64,000 bases of DNA, from NCBI GenBank assembly GCA_963829055.1, contig CAWHHI010000011.1, positions 320,001 to 384,000 of the forward strand. The letters run 5' to 3'. This DNA is from an uncultured Gemmatimonadaceae bacterium (lineage in GTDB: Bacteria > Gemmatimonadota > Gemmatimonadetes > Gemmatimonadales > Gemmatimonadaceae). Position 1 is the stretch's first letter, and each line of letters opens with the position of its first letter. The notes under the pieces are model-generated. The model had not been told where the DNA came from, made no database searches, and was given only the letters and a program-made list of their open reading frames with translations. The translations under genes were made by a program, and so were the position numbers. Shown here piece by piece: positions 1 to 9,673 of the stretch.

Positions 1-27
1 AATGACATGCCTCCGCTCGCAATGACA
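1..27. repeat. Tandem right ends of the TGTCAT..CGAGCG REP/MITE-like repeat family, truncated at the window edge
   Basis: AATGACA at 1-7 and CGCTCGCAATGACA at 14-27 match the tandem CGCTCGGAATGACA ends at 32004-32034. Confidence 0.6.
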
Positions 28-148
28 CCAGCGGGCGGATACGGGGACTGAAACCTGATGACTCATACTGAGCGACTGGCACACTTGGTACTCGGCAGGC
101 CGCCGCCGGATGCCCTGTTCCACCTTGACGTGGAAATGGAGAACTGCG

Positions 149-796
149 CTAGCCTCGCCCGGAGGACTTGAGGTGGGCTGCCGCCGCCTCCGTCCGATTG
201 CTCACTTTCAGCTTCATGTAGATGTTCTGCAGATGAAACTTCACCGTGTTCTCACTCACGCGAAGTTTCGTCGCGATCACGGCGTTCGTCGCGCCCTCGG
301 CCACGAGGTCGAGCACCGCGCGCTCGCGCGTCGTTAGGTCCGCGCCCGGCGGCCCAGGATTCCGCCCCAGCAGCCATCGCTTCGCGGCACTCGGGAACAC
401 CAGCTGTCCATGGTACACCTGACGGATCGACTCGATCGTCTGCCGCGGCGGCTCCGTCTTGAGCGCGTAGCCATCCGCGCCTCCCTCGAGCGCTGCGCGC
501 ATCATCGCGCCATCGCTGTACCCCGTCAGCACCAGCACGCGCACCGGAATTCCCTCGGCGCGAATGCGCGCGAGACATGCCAGCCCTCCGGTCGTGCCCA
601 TGTCGAGATCCATCGCGACCACGTGCGGATGGTGGCGTCGGATCTCCGTCAGCAACTGTTCACCGTTCGTCGCGGTGGCGACGACCAGGAAATCCGGCTC
701 CGCCTGCAGCAGCGCGCGCAGCCCCTCCAGCACGAGCGCGTGATCGTCCGCCAGCGCGATCCGAATTCGAGCGTCCCGTCGCTCCGCTTCGATCAC
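149..796 (-). CDS. NarL/LuxR-family response regulator (REC + LuxR HTH)
   Basis: REC motifs LADDH, MDLDM and LKT; LuxR HTH LTTRERAVLDLVAEGATNAVIA..VSENTVKFHLQNIYMKL. Confidence 0.93.
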   Translation of the reverse strand: MIEAERRDARIRIALADDHALVLEGLRALLQAEPDFLVVATATNGEQLLTEIRRHHPHVVAMDLDMGTTGGLACLARIRAEGIPVRVLVLTGYSDGAMMRAALEGGADGYALKTEPPRQTIESIRQVYHGQLVFPSAAKRWLLGRNPGPPGADLTTRERAVLDLVAEGATNAVIATKLRVSENTVKFHLQNIYMKLKVSNRTEAAAAHLKSSGRG

Positions 797-1473
797 CCCG
801 CCGGTACCTCTGCCACGACCACCGTACCCCCGCCGAGTGTGCTCTCGATACGGAGTCGACCGCCGACCATAGCAATGCGGTCGTGCATGCCGCGCAAGCC
901 GAACCGATCACCGCTCGGCTCGCGGGAAGGGTCGAATCCCGACCCGTCATCACGGACCTCGAGGCGCAGCCAGTTCTCATCATCTCGCGTGATGGCGAAG
1001 AGCTGAATCACCACGCTGCGCGCACCACCATGCCGGTACGCGTTCGAGAGCGCCTCCTGCAGCACACGATAGACAGCGATCTTCGAGGCCACGCCGATCG
1101 TCGGCACCGGTTCGGCGAACGCGACCGAGACTTCGGTGTCCGTCACCGCTTCGTGCTGCAGCACCAGGCCCTCGACGAGCGGGCGCAGGTCGCGCGTCTC
1201 GAACCCGGGGGCCCGCAGCGTCCCGAGCGACGAGCGGATCTCGTCGAGCGCAGACTCGAGCAGTCGCCGCGCGCGCGTCAGGCGGTCGAGCGCACGCTCG
1301 CGCGCCTCGCCGACCTCGAGGACGTGACCGAGCAGGTCCAGCTGCAACAGCGCGGCGTAGACGTACTGCACAGGCCCGTCATGGATGTCGAGCAGAATGC
1401 GCTGCTGCTCGCGCTCGGCAAGCTGCAGGATGCGGCGCGGTGCGTCGTCGCGCATCGGGTCCGCACTGGTCAC
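793..1473 (-). CDS. Histidine kinase of HisKA_3/DegS-NarX type with no sensor or TM domain
   Basis: H-box RILLDIHDGPVQ, N-box YRVLQEALSNAYRH, G-boxes DDGSGF and FGLRGM; the stop overlaps the RR start. The start is probably GTG 1473 or ATG 1455; the ORF-track extension to 1680 overlaps the upstream gene. Confidence 0.85.
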   Translation of the reverse strand: MTSADPMRDDAPRRILQLAEREQQRILLDIHDGPVQYVYAALLQLDLLGHVLEVGEARERALDRLTRARRLLESALDEIRSSLGTLRAPGFETRDLRPLVEGLVLQHEAVTDTEVSVAFAEPVPTIGVASKIAVYRVLQEALSNAYRHGGARSVVIQLFAITRDDENWLRLEVRDDGSGFDPSREPSGDRFGLRGMHDRIAMVGGRLRIESTLGGGTVVVAEVPAG

Positions 1474-1486
1474 CGGGCCACGATGC

Positions 1487-1753
1487 CTAACGGTGCCAGC
1501 GCTGGGCGAGGAGCCAGAGATGGAGCACGAGCGCAGCCAGCAACGGCACCGCCAACAGGACGATCGATGCGCCTGCCATCGCCCATCGCACCGCCACGAG
1601 TAAGGCGATGCCCGCTCCCAGAAAGGCCGCAAGCTCGCGCAGCGCGACGCCACGCCCGGTAGCGGCGCGGAGCGCGGCAAGGATCGCCGCCTCCGCTACC
1701 GTCGCACCGAGCACCCAGTCGATGAGCCACAGACCCTGGCCTCCGTCCACCAC
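1487..1753 (-). CDS. Small membrane protein (88 aa, about 3 TM), resembling a hypothetical found in proteobacterial photosynthesis clusters
   Basis: Hydrophobic ORF with upstream GAGGT RBS; motifs TGRGV and C-terminal HLWLLAQRW; the family resemblance is from memory. Confidence 0.7.
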   Translation of the reverse strand: MVDGGQGLWLIDWVLGATVAEAAILAALRAATGRGVALRELAAFLGAGIALLVAVRWAMAGASIVLLAVPLLAALVLHLWLLAQRWHR

Positions 1754-1841
1754 GACGTCACCTCGACTGGAGGTAGAGCTGCCAGCCCGCGGGCGTTCGC
1801 AACACTTCCCATCCCCTCACACGCACACGGACTGGCATCGA

Positions 1842-3041
1842 TCACCGAGGCGGGCGACGCCCGCTACTATCCACCGTTCGAGCCGTAGAGTCGGCGGCCG
1901 GCGCGGGAGCCAGCGGAGTCACGGTGACCGGGCTCGGCGTCCCGGGTACCGTCGTACCTAACGCCTGCGCAATCCCCGGCCTCGGCGCCGGTCGGGACAG
2001 CGGCACCAGCGGTGCAGCGCGCGGCGATCGATCCGTGGGAATCGAGTCGGCGGCACGCAGGTCGATCTGGCCCGCGTGCGTCGTGTCGCTCGGCAGCAGC
2101 GCTTCCCATGGGCCCGCATGGCCCCACAATGCGGGGTAATCCTTCACCATCGCGGCGCCATAGAGCGGTTTGTAGACGCCCTGGTGGCACGTGAGACACT
2201 GGAGCTTCGGCGGGTCGCCTAACGGGCCCCGGCGGGCGACGGGGAACGTCGTCCCCAGTGGCGTCAGGTAGGTCGAGTTCAGCTCGCGCACCATGCGCAG
2301 TCCGTACAACGCCGTCACGCGGGCCGGCGGTGCGTTCTGCCACGTCTCCCACGAACGACTGTTGTGGCAGAACGTGCAGTTCACGCCAAGCGAGCGCGAC
2401 ATGCCGATCATGAGCCCGTACGTGTTCTCGGCCTGCTTGATCGACGACCGGTTCGCCGCGGTTGGCGTCACCGTGTACGACTGCACGCGGACATTGGAGC
2501 GATCCAGGTACGCACGCAGGTACTGGTTCTCGTCCGTGTAGTGCCAGATGCCGACCGGCACTGGTGCACCGCGGTGACACGTGTAGCACGTGACACCGGT
2601 CTGCCCGACGTGCGCGCGCCAGTTCGTGTTGACGTTCCGCGTCATCTGCAGCATGCGCCGCGCGACGACCTTCGTGTACAGTGAGTCGGACGCGAAGTTG
2701 GTGAGCACGTGGCAGTACGCGCAGTTGCCGGCATTACCCCCGACCCACTGCGACATTGCAGTCATGGTCCGCGTGAACTCGGCCGCGCTGACGTCGGTGA
2801 GCACCTGCACGTTTTGCCACTGGGCAGGCACGGACGGGCCGGCCGGCGGCAGAGGCGCAGGCGCGCGGTTGAGGGCGACCGTTTTCCGGAGCTCGGAGTT
2901 GTCGTAGTTCGCTTCCTCGCCAACGCCACGGTAGCCGACCTGCACGGTTGTCTTGCCGCCGCCCTCGCAGGCGATGGCCCCGATCACGAGCAGACTGACG
3001 GCGACGAGCTGCCACCAGCGATTGCTCCGCGCTGGCGTCAT
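1842..3041 (-). CDS. pufC: Photosynthetic reaction-centre tetraheme cytochrome c subunit (lipoprotein) with a ~94-aa C-terminal tail
   Basis: Four CxxCH motifs (CAYCH, CYTCH, CTFCH, CLTCH); [21 protein letters not shown]; lipobox AIAC; ATGA overlap with the pufM stop. Confidence 0.96.
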   Translation of the reverse strand: MTPARSNRWWQLVAVSLLVIGAIACEGGGKTTVQVGYRGVGEEANYDNSELRKTVALNRAPAPLPPAGPSVPAQWQNVQVLTDVSAAEFTRTMTAMSQWVGGNAGNCAYCHVLTNFASDSLYTKVVARRMLQMTRNVNTNWRAHVGQTGVTCYTCHRGAPVPVGIWHYTDENQYLRAYLDRSNVRVQSYTVTPTAANRSSIKQAENTYGLMIGMSRSLGVNCTFCHNSRSWETWQNAPPARVTALYGLRMVRELNSTYLTPLGTTFPVARRGPLGDPPKLQCLTCHQGVYKPLYGAAMVKDYPALWGHAGPWEALLPSDTTHAGQIDLRAADSIPTDRSPRAAPLVPLSRPAPRPGIAQALGTTVPGTPSPVTVTPLAPAPAADSTARTVDSSGRRPPR

Positions 3042-4271
3042 GGTCGCCTCCGCGTGGTGTCGCGCCGATTCGCCGAGTCCGGCCTGGTCGCGGCACCGCC
3101 GGGTAGCGTGACCGCGGGATTTGCCTGGCTCGCCGGCGGCAGGGCCGCGGGTGTTGTGTTAGGCACGCCGGGGACGATGCCGCGTGGCTCGTCACGGGCG
3201 GGCGTCGGGAATGGCGTTCCCGGAGCAGACTGGCTCGGTGTCGGGGCCGTCAGCCTGAGCCCGGTGCCGGGGAATGTGTCCGGCGGTGCGCCCTGGTAGA
3301 CGCCTCGGAGATCCTCGACCTTCTGCGGCGTGACGATGAAATGCGCGGGATACTCCGGCGCGATGCCGTGCTTCACACCCCACAGATACCAGTTGTCGAC
3401 GGCTGTGCCGGTGAGCAGAATGCCGATACCACCAGTGAACGTGGTGAGAAACGCGAACCACCACGCCCACCGGTGAATGGACTCCATGGTGGCGTTCCAC
3501 CCCATTGTCCAGCGCCAGAACAGCATCGACCGCTCGGTCGCTGTGCCGCGATCCGTGATCTGCTCGATCTCACGCTCCGCGCCCAGGCGGCTCGCCGCGA
3601 GGATCGTCGCGCCGTGCATCGCGAACAGCAGCGTCGATCCATAGAGGAACGCGATCGACAGCATGTGGAACGGATTGTAGAACAGGTTCCCGTAGCGAAT
3701 CGAGAACGCGGCCGTCCAGTCGAGGTGCGGGAAGATGCCGAACGGCACCGCCTCGCCCCAGCTGCCCATGAGCAGCGGACGGATGAAGCCTAACGATAGG
3801 TAGAGGAAGATCGCCGACGCGAACGCCCACGGCGAGATGCAGTCCCAGCCCAAGCGATCGTGCACGGCGGTAGATGCGCACCCACCAGAGCAGGATCGAC
3901 GCGGTGAGGAAGAAGCCGGCCATGAGCCACCATCCGCCCTGATTGAGCGGCGGGATGTGCAGGCCGTACCCCGGCGGCGGCGGCTCGAGCGCGAGCCACG
4001 GCAGGCGGCGAATGAACTCGATGGGGCTCCACCCCACGGACGCCCACATGTTGAGCCCGATGATCTCGATCGCGATGAATCCGCAGATGAGCGACGCGAT
4101 GCCCGTCCGCCCGAGATAGATCGGTCCCACCTGCGCGTCACCGATCTTCCCCAGCCAGTAGCTGAAGCTCGGCGACCACTGCCGGATCCACGATGACTGG
4201 TCGATCGGCACACCCCAGTCGGGCGCCGTTCGGACCTGCACTTTCGTGAACAGATTCTGGTATTCCGCCAT
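3038..4271 (-). CDS. pufM: Reaction-centre M subunit, ~410 aa, with one +1 indel near 3832 (probable sequencing error) and a ~100-aa C-terminal extension
   Basis: [24 protein letters not shown] in one frame continues as [57 protein letters not shown] in the next. Confidence 0.96.
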
Positions 4272-4281
4272 GACCGCCTCG

Positions 4282-5106
4282 CTAGCGCCAGATGGGGAGG
4301 TTCAACCACCAGTTCCACCACTCGGGCCATCCGCGCGTCCACAGCGGACCGCTCACCACGATGCAGAGCGCGCTGAAGATTCCGGCCCCGAGTGCGAGCG
4401 CCAATCCGAGGCGATGGATGCCGACTGCGCCGATCGAGTACCCGAGCACGTCGCGAAAGAACGTGTTCTCGTGCTCGCTGGTTTTCACCGGCTCACCCTT
4501 CTTCGGATTCACCATCGACAGGATGAGTGAGCCGTGCATGCTGAGCGCGAGCGTCGTCGTGAAGAACAGCGTCACGGCGATCATGTGCAGCGGGTTGTAA
4601 TGAAAATGCAGATACTGGTACCCGACGTTGGAAACCCAATCGAGATGGCTGAGAATCCCGTACGGGAACCCGTGACCCCATGCGCCGAGCAGCAGCGGGC
4701 GGATCACGACGAGCGTGACGTACGCGAAGATCGCGACGCTGTAGGCGACCGGGACGTGATAGCCCATGCCCAGCTTGCGAGCGATCTCCGCCTGGCGTAG
4801 CGCCCACGACACGAACGCCCCGATCGCGGAGAACGTGATGAGCTGCCACAGCCCGCCTTCGCGAAGCGGCGCGAGCCCGAGCCCATACTTGAGGTCCGGG
4901 GGCGAGATGTTGATGCGCCAGATATTCCACGTCGGTCCGAGGGCAGCCGCCCAGACACATAACGCGGTGCCGAGCACGGCGAAGAAGATGGTCGTGACGC
5001 CGAAGAAGCCGACGTAGAACGGACCGATCCAGAAGTCGAACAGGTCTCCACCGACGAGCGTCCCGCCACGGACGCGGTACTTCGATTCGAAACTGAGCAT
5101 CGCCAT
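4282..5106 (-). CDS. pufL: Reaction-centre L subunit
   Basis: [62 protein letters not shown]. Confidence 0.98.
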   Translation of the reverse strand: MAMLSFESKYRVRGGTLVGGDLFDFWIGPFYVGFFGVTTIFFAVLGTALCVWAAALGPTWNIWRINISPPDLKYGLGLAPLREGGLWQLITFSAIGAFVSWALRQAEIARKLGMGYHVPVAYSVAIFAYVTLVVIRPLLLGAWGHGFPYGILSHLDWVSNVGYQYLHFHYNPLHMIAVTLFFTTTLALSMHGSLILSMVNPKKGEPVKTSEHENTFFRDVLGYSIGAVGIHRLGLALALGAGIFSALCIVVSGPLWTRGWPEWWNWWLNLPIWR

Positions 5107-5133
5107 GGGCCGGTTCTCCTCCCCACAGATGAA

Positions 5134-5155
5134 GACTCGCGACGACGAGTCGCGA
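5134..5155. promoter_or_regulatory. Possible pufA-pufL intercistronic stem-loop (mRNA stability element)
   Basis: Overlapping inverted repeats GACTCG-N6-CGAGTC and TCGCGAC-N5-GTCGCGA in the ~120-bp spacer; position matches the Rhodobacter puf hairpin, but the stems are short. Confidence 0.3.
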
Positions 5156-5226
5156 CGGTCCGTTCGCTCGGGGTGAGGGCCGGCGGCCCCATGAGCGGCG
5201 CCACCGTTCCCCCTCCCGACGTTGCC

Positions 5227-5415
5227 CTAACGACTACCCGGCGGAAGCGGCGACATGTCCGCCGCCGCCGTGCCGGAGCGGCGCCCGGCGTCGAGCCAGT
5301 TGAACCGGTCGGTGCTGAGCAGGATGAAGTGGATCACGAGCGCGAGCACGAACAGGAACGTGAACAACGCGATCAGCGTCCGCCGCGGATCGAAGAGCAT
5401 CCAGATGCGATACAT
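5227..5415 (-). CDS. pufA: LH1 alpha polypeptide
   Basis: [29 protein letters not shown] with the BChl-ligating His; C-terminal MSPLPPG. Confidence 0.96.
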   Translation of the reverse strand: MYRIWMLFDPRRTLIALFTFLFVLALVIHFILLSTDRFNWLDAGRRSGTAAADMSPLPPGSR

Positions 5416-5424
5416 GGGAGTCTC

Positions 5425-5652
5425 CTAGCGCGTGGCGTTCGTGGCGGGAGCGGTCTGCGCCGCTACCGGATAGCCTGCCACACCCGGAATCCACGGCCGC
5501 CACTGCCACACCAGCCAGTGTGCAACCACGGCGATGAGCGTGAACACGATGAAGCTGGTCACGAAGACACGGTGGAACCCCCGCGCCTCGTCTTCGCTGA
5601 GGCCCGACGCTGAAGACGGCGGGCGAGCCGTCGGTGAAACGCCTGTGGACAT
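5425..5652 (-). CDS. pufB: LH1 beta polypeptide with N- and C-terminal extensions
   Basis: SGLSEDEARGFH..IAVVAHWLVWQWRPW; strong RBS AGGAGGAG. Confidence 0.95.
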   Translation of the reverse strand: MSTGVSPTARPPSSASGLSEDEARGFHRVFVTSFIVFTLIAVVAHWLVWQWRPWIPGVAGYPVAAQTAPATNATR

Positions 5653-5751
5653 AGCTCCTCCTGTTAGGTTGCGGGTGCTACACGTGCCGCGTGCCGAGCG
5701 CGCGGCGGGTTCGGCGGCGCACCCCGACCGCGCCGCACACTCGAGAGATCA

Positions 5752-6633
5752 ATGACCGAACAGCGACTGGCCTGGACCGAATGGCGCGACCGCTGGCCTA
5801 ACGCGGCCCACAGTCGGTTCGTCGAGGCCGGCGGCGTCCGCTGGCATGTCCAGGTCGCCGGGGCCGGACCACCAGCCCTGCTGCTGCACGGCGCCGGTGG
5901 CGCCACGCATTCGTGGGCCGACCTGCTGCCTCGGCTCGCGACGCGGTTTACCGTCATCGCACCGGATCTGCCTGGCCACGCCTTCAGCAGCGCGCCGTCT
6001 GATCCGTCGCGGCTGTCGCTCGGCGGCATGGCCGGGGACGTTGCCGCGCTGCTCGCCATGCTCGGCCTGTCGCCACGTGTCCTGATCGGCCACTCGGCCG
6101 GCGCCGCGATCTTGCTCCGCATCGTCGCGGATGGCACCGTCGCGCCCGACATCATCGTCGGTTTCAACGCCGCCCTTGCGGCACCGACCGCCGCGGCCGA
6201 CGCAGCCCTGTTGCCGGCCGTGCGCTTCATCGCGCGAACGGCAGGTGTGGCACGCGTCATCAGCACGATCGCACGGTTCGACGGCGTCGCCGATTCACTG
6301 TTGCAGTCGACGGGCACGTCACTCCCGGCCGAGCAGAGATTACGGTACAGGGCGCTCGCACAGTCGCCCGCCCACGTCCAGGCCGTGTTCACGATGTTCG
6401 CGAACTGGGACGTCAGCGCACTCACGCGCGCGATCGCATCCATCACCACGCCTACGACGTTCGCCAGCGCGCCTAACGATCCGTGGGTCCCACCCAGGCA
6501 GACCGAGCGCGTGGCCGCGACCATGCCGGCAGCGCGGTGTGTCGCGTTGCCGCCAGCCGGCCATCTGGCACACGAAGTGGAGCCCGCCGCGGCCATGGAT
6601 GTCGTCCTCGGCGCGATCGACCGACCTACGTAG
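5752..6633 (+). CDS. bchO: Alpha/beta-hydrolase BchO (Mg-chelatase accessory family)
   Basis: WPNAAHSRFVEAGGVRWHVQ, LLLHGAGGATHSW, GHSAG, GHLAHE; located inside the photosynthesis cluster. Confidence 0.85.
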   Translation: MTEQRLAWTEWRDRWPNAAHSRFVEAGGVRWHVQVAGAGPPALLLHGAGGATHSWADLLPRLATRFTVIAPDLPGHAFSSAPSDPSRLSLGGMAGDVAALLAMLGLSPRVLIGHSAGAAILLRIVADGTVAPDIIVGFNAALAAPTAAADAALLPAVRFIARTAGVARVISTIARFDGVADSLLQSTGTSLPAEQRLRYRALAQSPAHVQAVFTMFANWDVSALTRAIASITTPTTFASAPNDPWVPPRQTERVAATMPAARCVALPPAGHLAHEVEPAAAMDVVLGAIDRPT

Positions 6634-6654
6634 CCGCTCACGCGCGTCACAGCG

Positions 6655-8106
6655 TCAGGCATGCGCGCCTGCCAGCGCGCCGCGCGCGCGTTCGACGTAC
6701 GACGTGGTCACGAGCTCGGCGCCTTCGCGCCGGGCGTCGCGCTCTGCCTTGTCTCGCAGCCGCTTGGCCGCCGAGATCCGAGCCACGAACGGCTCCGCCG
6801 CGACGAGCTCATCGAGCCGGTTCTGTGCTGCGTCGTCCCAGGGGAGCGAGGCACCCTTCGCCGGCGTCGGATCGATCTTGTCCAGGTCGGTGCCTAACGG
6901 GATGATGTTGAACAGGACATCGAACAGCGCGTTGCAGATCTCCTGGACGACGTACGTCGCGCCAGCGTAGCCCATGAACGGCGTGCCCGTATGCCGTCGA
7001 ATGGCCGCGCCCGGGAACGACGCCGGGATGTAAATCGACCGGCCACCGGCCTCGGCCAGATACATCCGCTCGTTGTAGCTGCCGAACACCACCATCGCCG
7101 GCTTCTCGCGCAGCATCGTGCGCACTGCCGCGTTGTCCGGCTTCACGCCGGCGCGACGCGACACCGAGAACGTACAGGGCAAGCCGAGCTCGTCCTCGAG
7201 GAAGTGACGGAGCCCGCGCGCATACGTCTCACCCGCAACGACGGCGAAGCTGGCCGTCGGGAAGAAGTCCTGCGTGACACTGCGCCAGAGATCCCACAAC
7301 GGCTTCACCGTCGTGTGCTTCTCGCGCTCGATGAATGGCTCGGGGTCGACCCCCACCAGCGAGCCTAACGTGCGCAGGAACTCGGTGGTCGAGAACAACC
7401 CGATGGGCGCCTGGAGATACGGCACCTCCAACCCTTCGCAGAGCTGGCGGCCGAACTCTCGATACATGCAGACGTTCACGTCGGCGTCCACGAGCCGCGG
7501 GATATCGGCGAGATGGCTGCCGAGCGGGAACACCATGTTGATCTCGCAGCCCACCCCCTCCACGAGCCGCCGTACCTCCGCCACATTGCTCGGCATGTTG
7601 AACGTGCCGTAGATGGGCCCGATGATGTTCACGCGCGGCTTCGAGCCCGGTGCGCGCTCCTTCGGCTTCGGGCGCACGCCTTTCTTGAGGCCGTACTCCG
7701 TCCACAGCCAGAACATTGCGCGGTTCGCGGCCTGCCACTGATCCTCGTCGATCGTGCGCGGGAGGAACCGCACGAGGTTCGATCCCTCGGGTGTCACGCC
7801 ACCACCAATCATCTCGGCGATGCTGCCCGTGACGACAACCGCCGGCTCGTCGGGATCGAGCGTCGCACCCGCACGCCGCATCGCCTTCTCGGTTCCGTCC
7901 ATCGCGAGGTTGTCCTCGGACAAACCGGTCACGACGATCGGCAACTCGTGAGGCGGCAAGCCGTCAGTGTAGTGGAGCACCGCCGTCACCGGCAGGTTCT
8001 CGCACCCGACAGGGCCATCGATCACGACCTGAAGTCCCTTGAGCGCCGTGAACACGTACACGGCGCCCCAGTAGCCTCCGGCCCGATCGTGGTCGAGCAC
8101 TAGCAT
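6655..8106 (-). CDS. bchZ: Chlorophyllide a reductase subunit Z
   Basis: [46 protein letters not shown]-terminal PCP_red-like [10 protein letters not shown]. Confidence 0.97.
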   Translation of the reverse strand: MLVLDHDRAGGYWGAVYVFTALKGLQVVIDGPVGCENLPVTAVLHYTDGLPPHELPIVVTGLSEDNLAMDGTEKAMRRAGATLDPDEPAVVVTGSIAEMIGGGVTPEGSNLVRFLPRTIDEDQWQAANRAMFWLWTEYGLKKGVRPKPKERAPGSKPRVNIIGPIYGTFNMPSNVAEVRRLVEGVGCEINMVFPLGSHLADIPRLVDADVNVCMYREFGRQLCEGLEVPYLQAPIGLFSTTEFLRTLGSLVGVDPEPFIEREKHTTVKPLWDLWRSVTQDFFPTASFAVVAGETYARGLRHFLEDELGLPCTFSVSRRAGVKPDNAAVRTMLREKPAMVVFGSYNERMYLAEAGGRSIYIPASFPGAAIRRHTGTPFMGYAGATYVVQEICNALFDVLFNIIPLGTDLDKIDPTPAKGASLPWDDAAQNRLDELVAAEPFVARISAAKRLRDKAERDARREGAELVTTSYVERARGALAGAHA

Positions 8107-8125
8107 GACACGCTCATCGCGACGC

Positions 8126-9673
8126 TCATATCATCTGCTCGGCTTTGACCTTCTTCCGTTGCGCATCCATGTGACGCCGGAACCGCTCCTTCACTTCGGG
8201 CCGCTCCTTTGGCGCTTCCGCAAAGCCGTATCCCGCGGCGACGCCCGTTCCGACGCCGGCGAAGAACTCGCGCATGCGAGCCATCCGATCGCGGCCCGCC
8301 ACGGCGCCGTTCACCGTTGCGGCCAGCGAGCCGGCGCCCGCGGGACCGAACAGCGGTCGCGCCGATACGACGTTCGTGAAGTACACGGAGGGAATCGCGC
8401 GCTCCTTCGCCGCCTGCACGACCGGCGTCGTGCCGATCGCCAGATCGGGCGCGTACTCGCCTAACGCCGCGAGATCCTGTTCGAGCGACGCCCGGAATTG
8501 CACCTGCACGCCGCGCGCTGCGAGCCACTCGCGGTCGACGTCACTCCACGGCGTTCGCGGGCAGGCCGTTCCGACGTAGCGCACGTCCGCCCCGGCCTCG
8601 ATCAGCAGCCGCGCCACGATCAGCTCACTGCCCTCGTAGCCGGACAGGGTGATGCGCGCCGTGATCGGATTCTTCGCGAGCGTCGCGGCGATGGCCGGCA
8701 GCACCCGCGCTTTCGCCGCATCGATGCGATCGTCGGCGACGCCGGCCGCACGACCCACCGCCTCGAGCCAGCCAGCTGTGCCCTCGACGCCGACGGGCGC
8801 TGAGCCGACGACAGTACGCCCGGCTGCGTGCAGCTCTCGCACCGACGCGGTGTAGAACGGATGCACGGCAGCCGCCACCTCGCAGTCCAGCGCCGCGTAC
8901 AGGTCACGCCATTCGCGCGTCGGGACACTCGGGCCCGCGGCCAGGCCCATTGGCTCGAGCATCATTCCGAGCCCCACGGGGTCCGCGGGAAAGAGCTCAC
9001 CGAGGAACGTCACCGTCGGACGCTCCGACACGCCGCCACGCGGAGCCGCGACCGGCCCCTGCTCCGCTTCGAGCCGCGCGTACCGCAGCATGGCGCCGGA
9101 GAGAACGTCCTTCGCTTCCGCGTGCGTCGGCACACCGAACCCCGGCACATCGATCCCGATGATCCTGACGCCGTTGATCTGCTTCGGGAGGAGCTGCAAC
9201 GGAACACCGGACGCTGTCGGCACGCACAGGTTCGTCACGATGATCGCGTCGTACTGCGCCGGATCGGCGAGTGCGTAAACAGCGTCGCGAATGTCCTCGA
9301 ACAGCTTGCCCGTGACGAGCGTTTCGGAGTTGAACGGGACGTACCCGACCGTGCGTCGCGCGCCGTAGAAGTGTGACGTGAACGTCAGGCCGTACACACA
9401 GCACGCCGAGCCCGAGAGCACCGTCGCCGTTCGCCGCATGCGAAGACCGACGCGCAGCGAGCCGAACGCCGGGCACATGGACTGCGGCTGGTCGTGCGGC
9501 CCCTTCGGGTAGTCGCGCGCGAAGCCGTCCAGCAGCTCGGTCTTGCCCGACGCCATCGCCGCTGCCGTCATTCGCTCGGCCCCGGCGTGACAGCCAGCCA
9601 CGTTAGGCGTCGCCCCCGTGGGCTGCTCGGGCGCGACGTCCATCAGCGGCAGCGGCGTGGCGCTACGCGGCAT
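8126..9673 (-). CDS. bchY: Chlorophyllide a reductase subunit Y
   Basis: [43 protein letters not shown]. Confidence 0.97.
   Translation of the reverse strand: MPRSATPLPLMDVAPEQPTGATPNVAGCHAGAERMTAAAMASGKTELLDGFARDYPKGPHDQPQSMCPAFGSLRVGLRMRRTATVLSGSACCVYGLTFTSHFYGARRTVGYVPFNSETLVTGKLFEDIRDAVYALADPAQYDAIIVTNLCVPTASGVPLQLLPKQINGVRIIGIDVPGFGVPTHAEAKDVLSGAMLRYARLEAEQGPVAAPRGGVSERPTVTFLGELFPADPVGLGMMLEPMGLAAGPSVPTREWRDLYAALDCEVAAAVHPFYTASVRELHAAGRTVVGSAPVGVEGTAGWLEAVGRAAGVADDRIDAAKARVLPAIAATLAKNPITARITLSGYEGSELIVARLLIEAGADVRYVGTACPRTPWSDVDREWLAARGVQVQFRASLEQDLAALGEYAPDLAIGTTPVVQAAKERAIPSVYFTNVVSARPLFGPAGAGSLAATVNGAVAGRDRMARMREFFAGVGTGVAAGYGFAEAPKERPEVKERFRRHMDAQRKKVKAEQMI

Noticed and set aside
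55..95. Possible NarL-type binding site (CTCA-TAC-TGAG) downstream of the response regulator
   Set aside because: The inverted repeat is only 4 bp and the target gene would lie outside the window; too weak to call.
793..1753. 88-aa membrane ORF and kinase as one frameshifted membrane sensor kinase
   Set aside because: The small ORF has its own RBS and stop and resembles a stand-alone family, and the kinase has plausible starts 13-31 bp downstream. This cannot be fully excluded without polishing.
3820..3840. Programmed frameshift or pseudogenisation of pufM (likewise bchX and crtF)
   Set aside because: There is no slippery site, removing one base restores the conserved frame in pufM, and similar indels occur throughout the window. 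Sequencing error is more likely.
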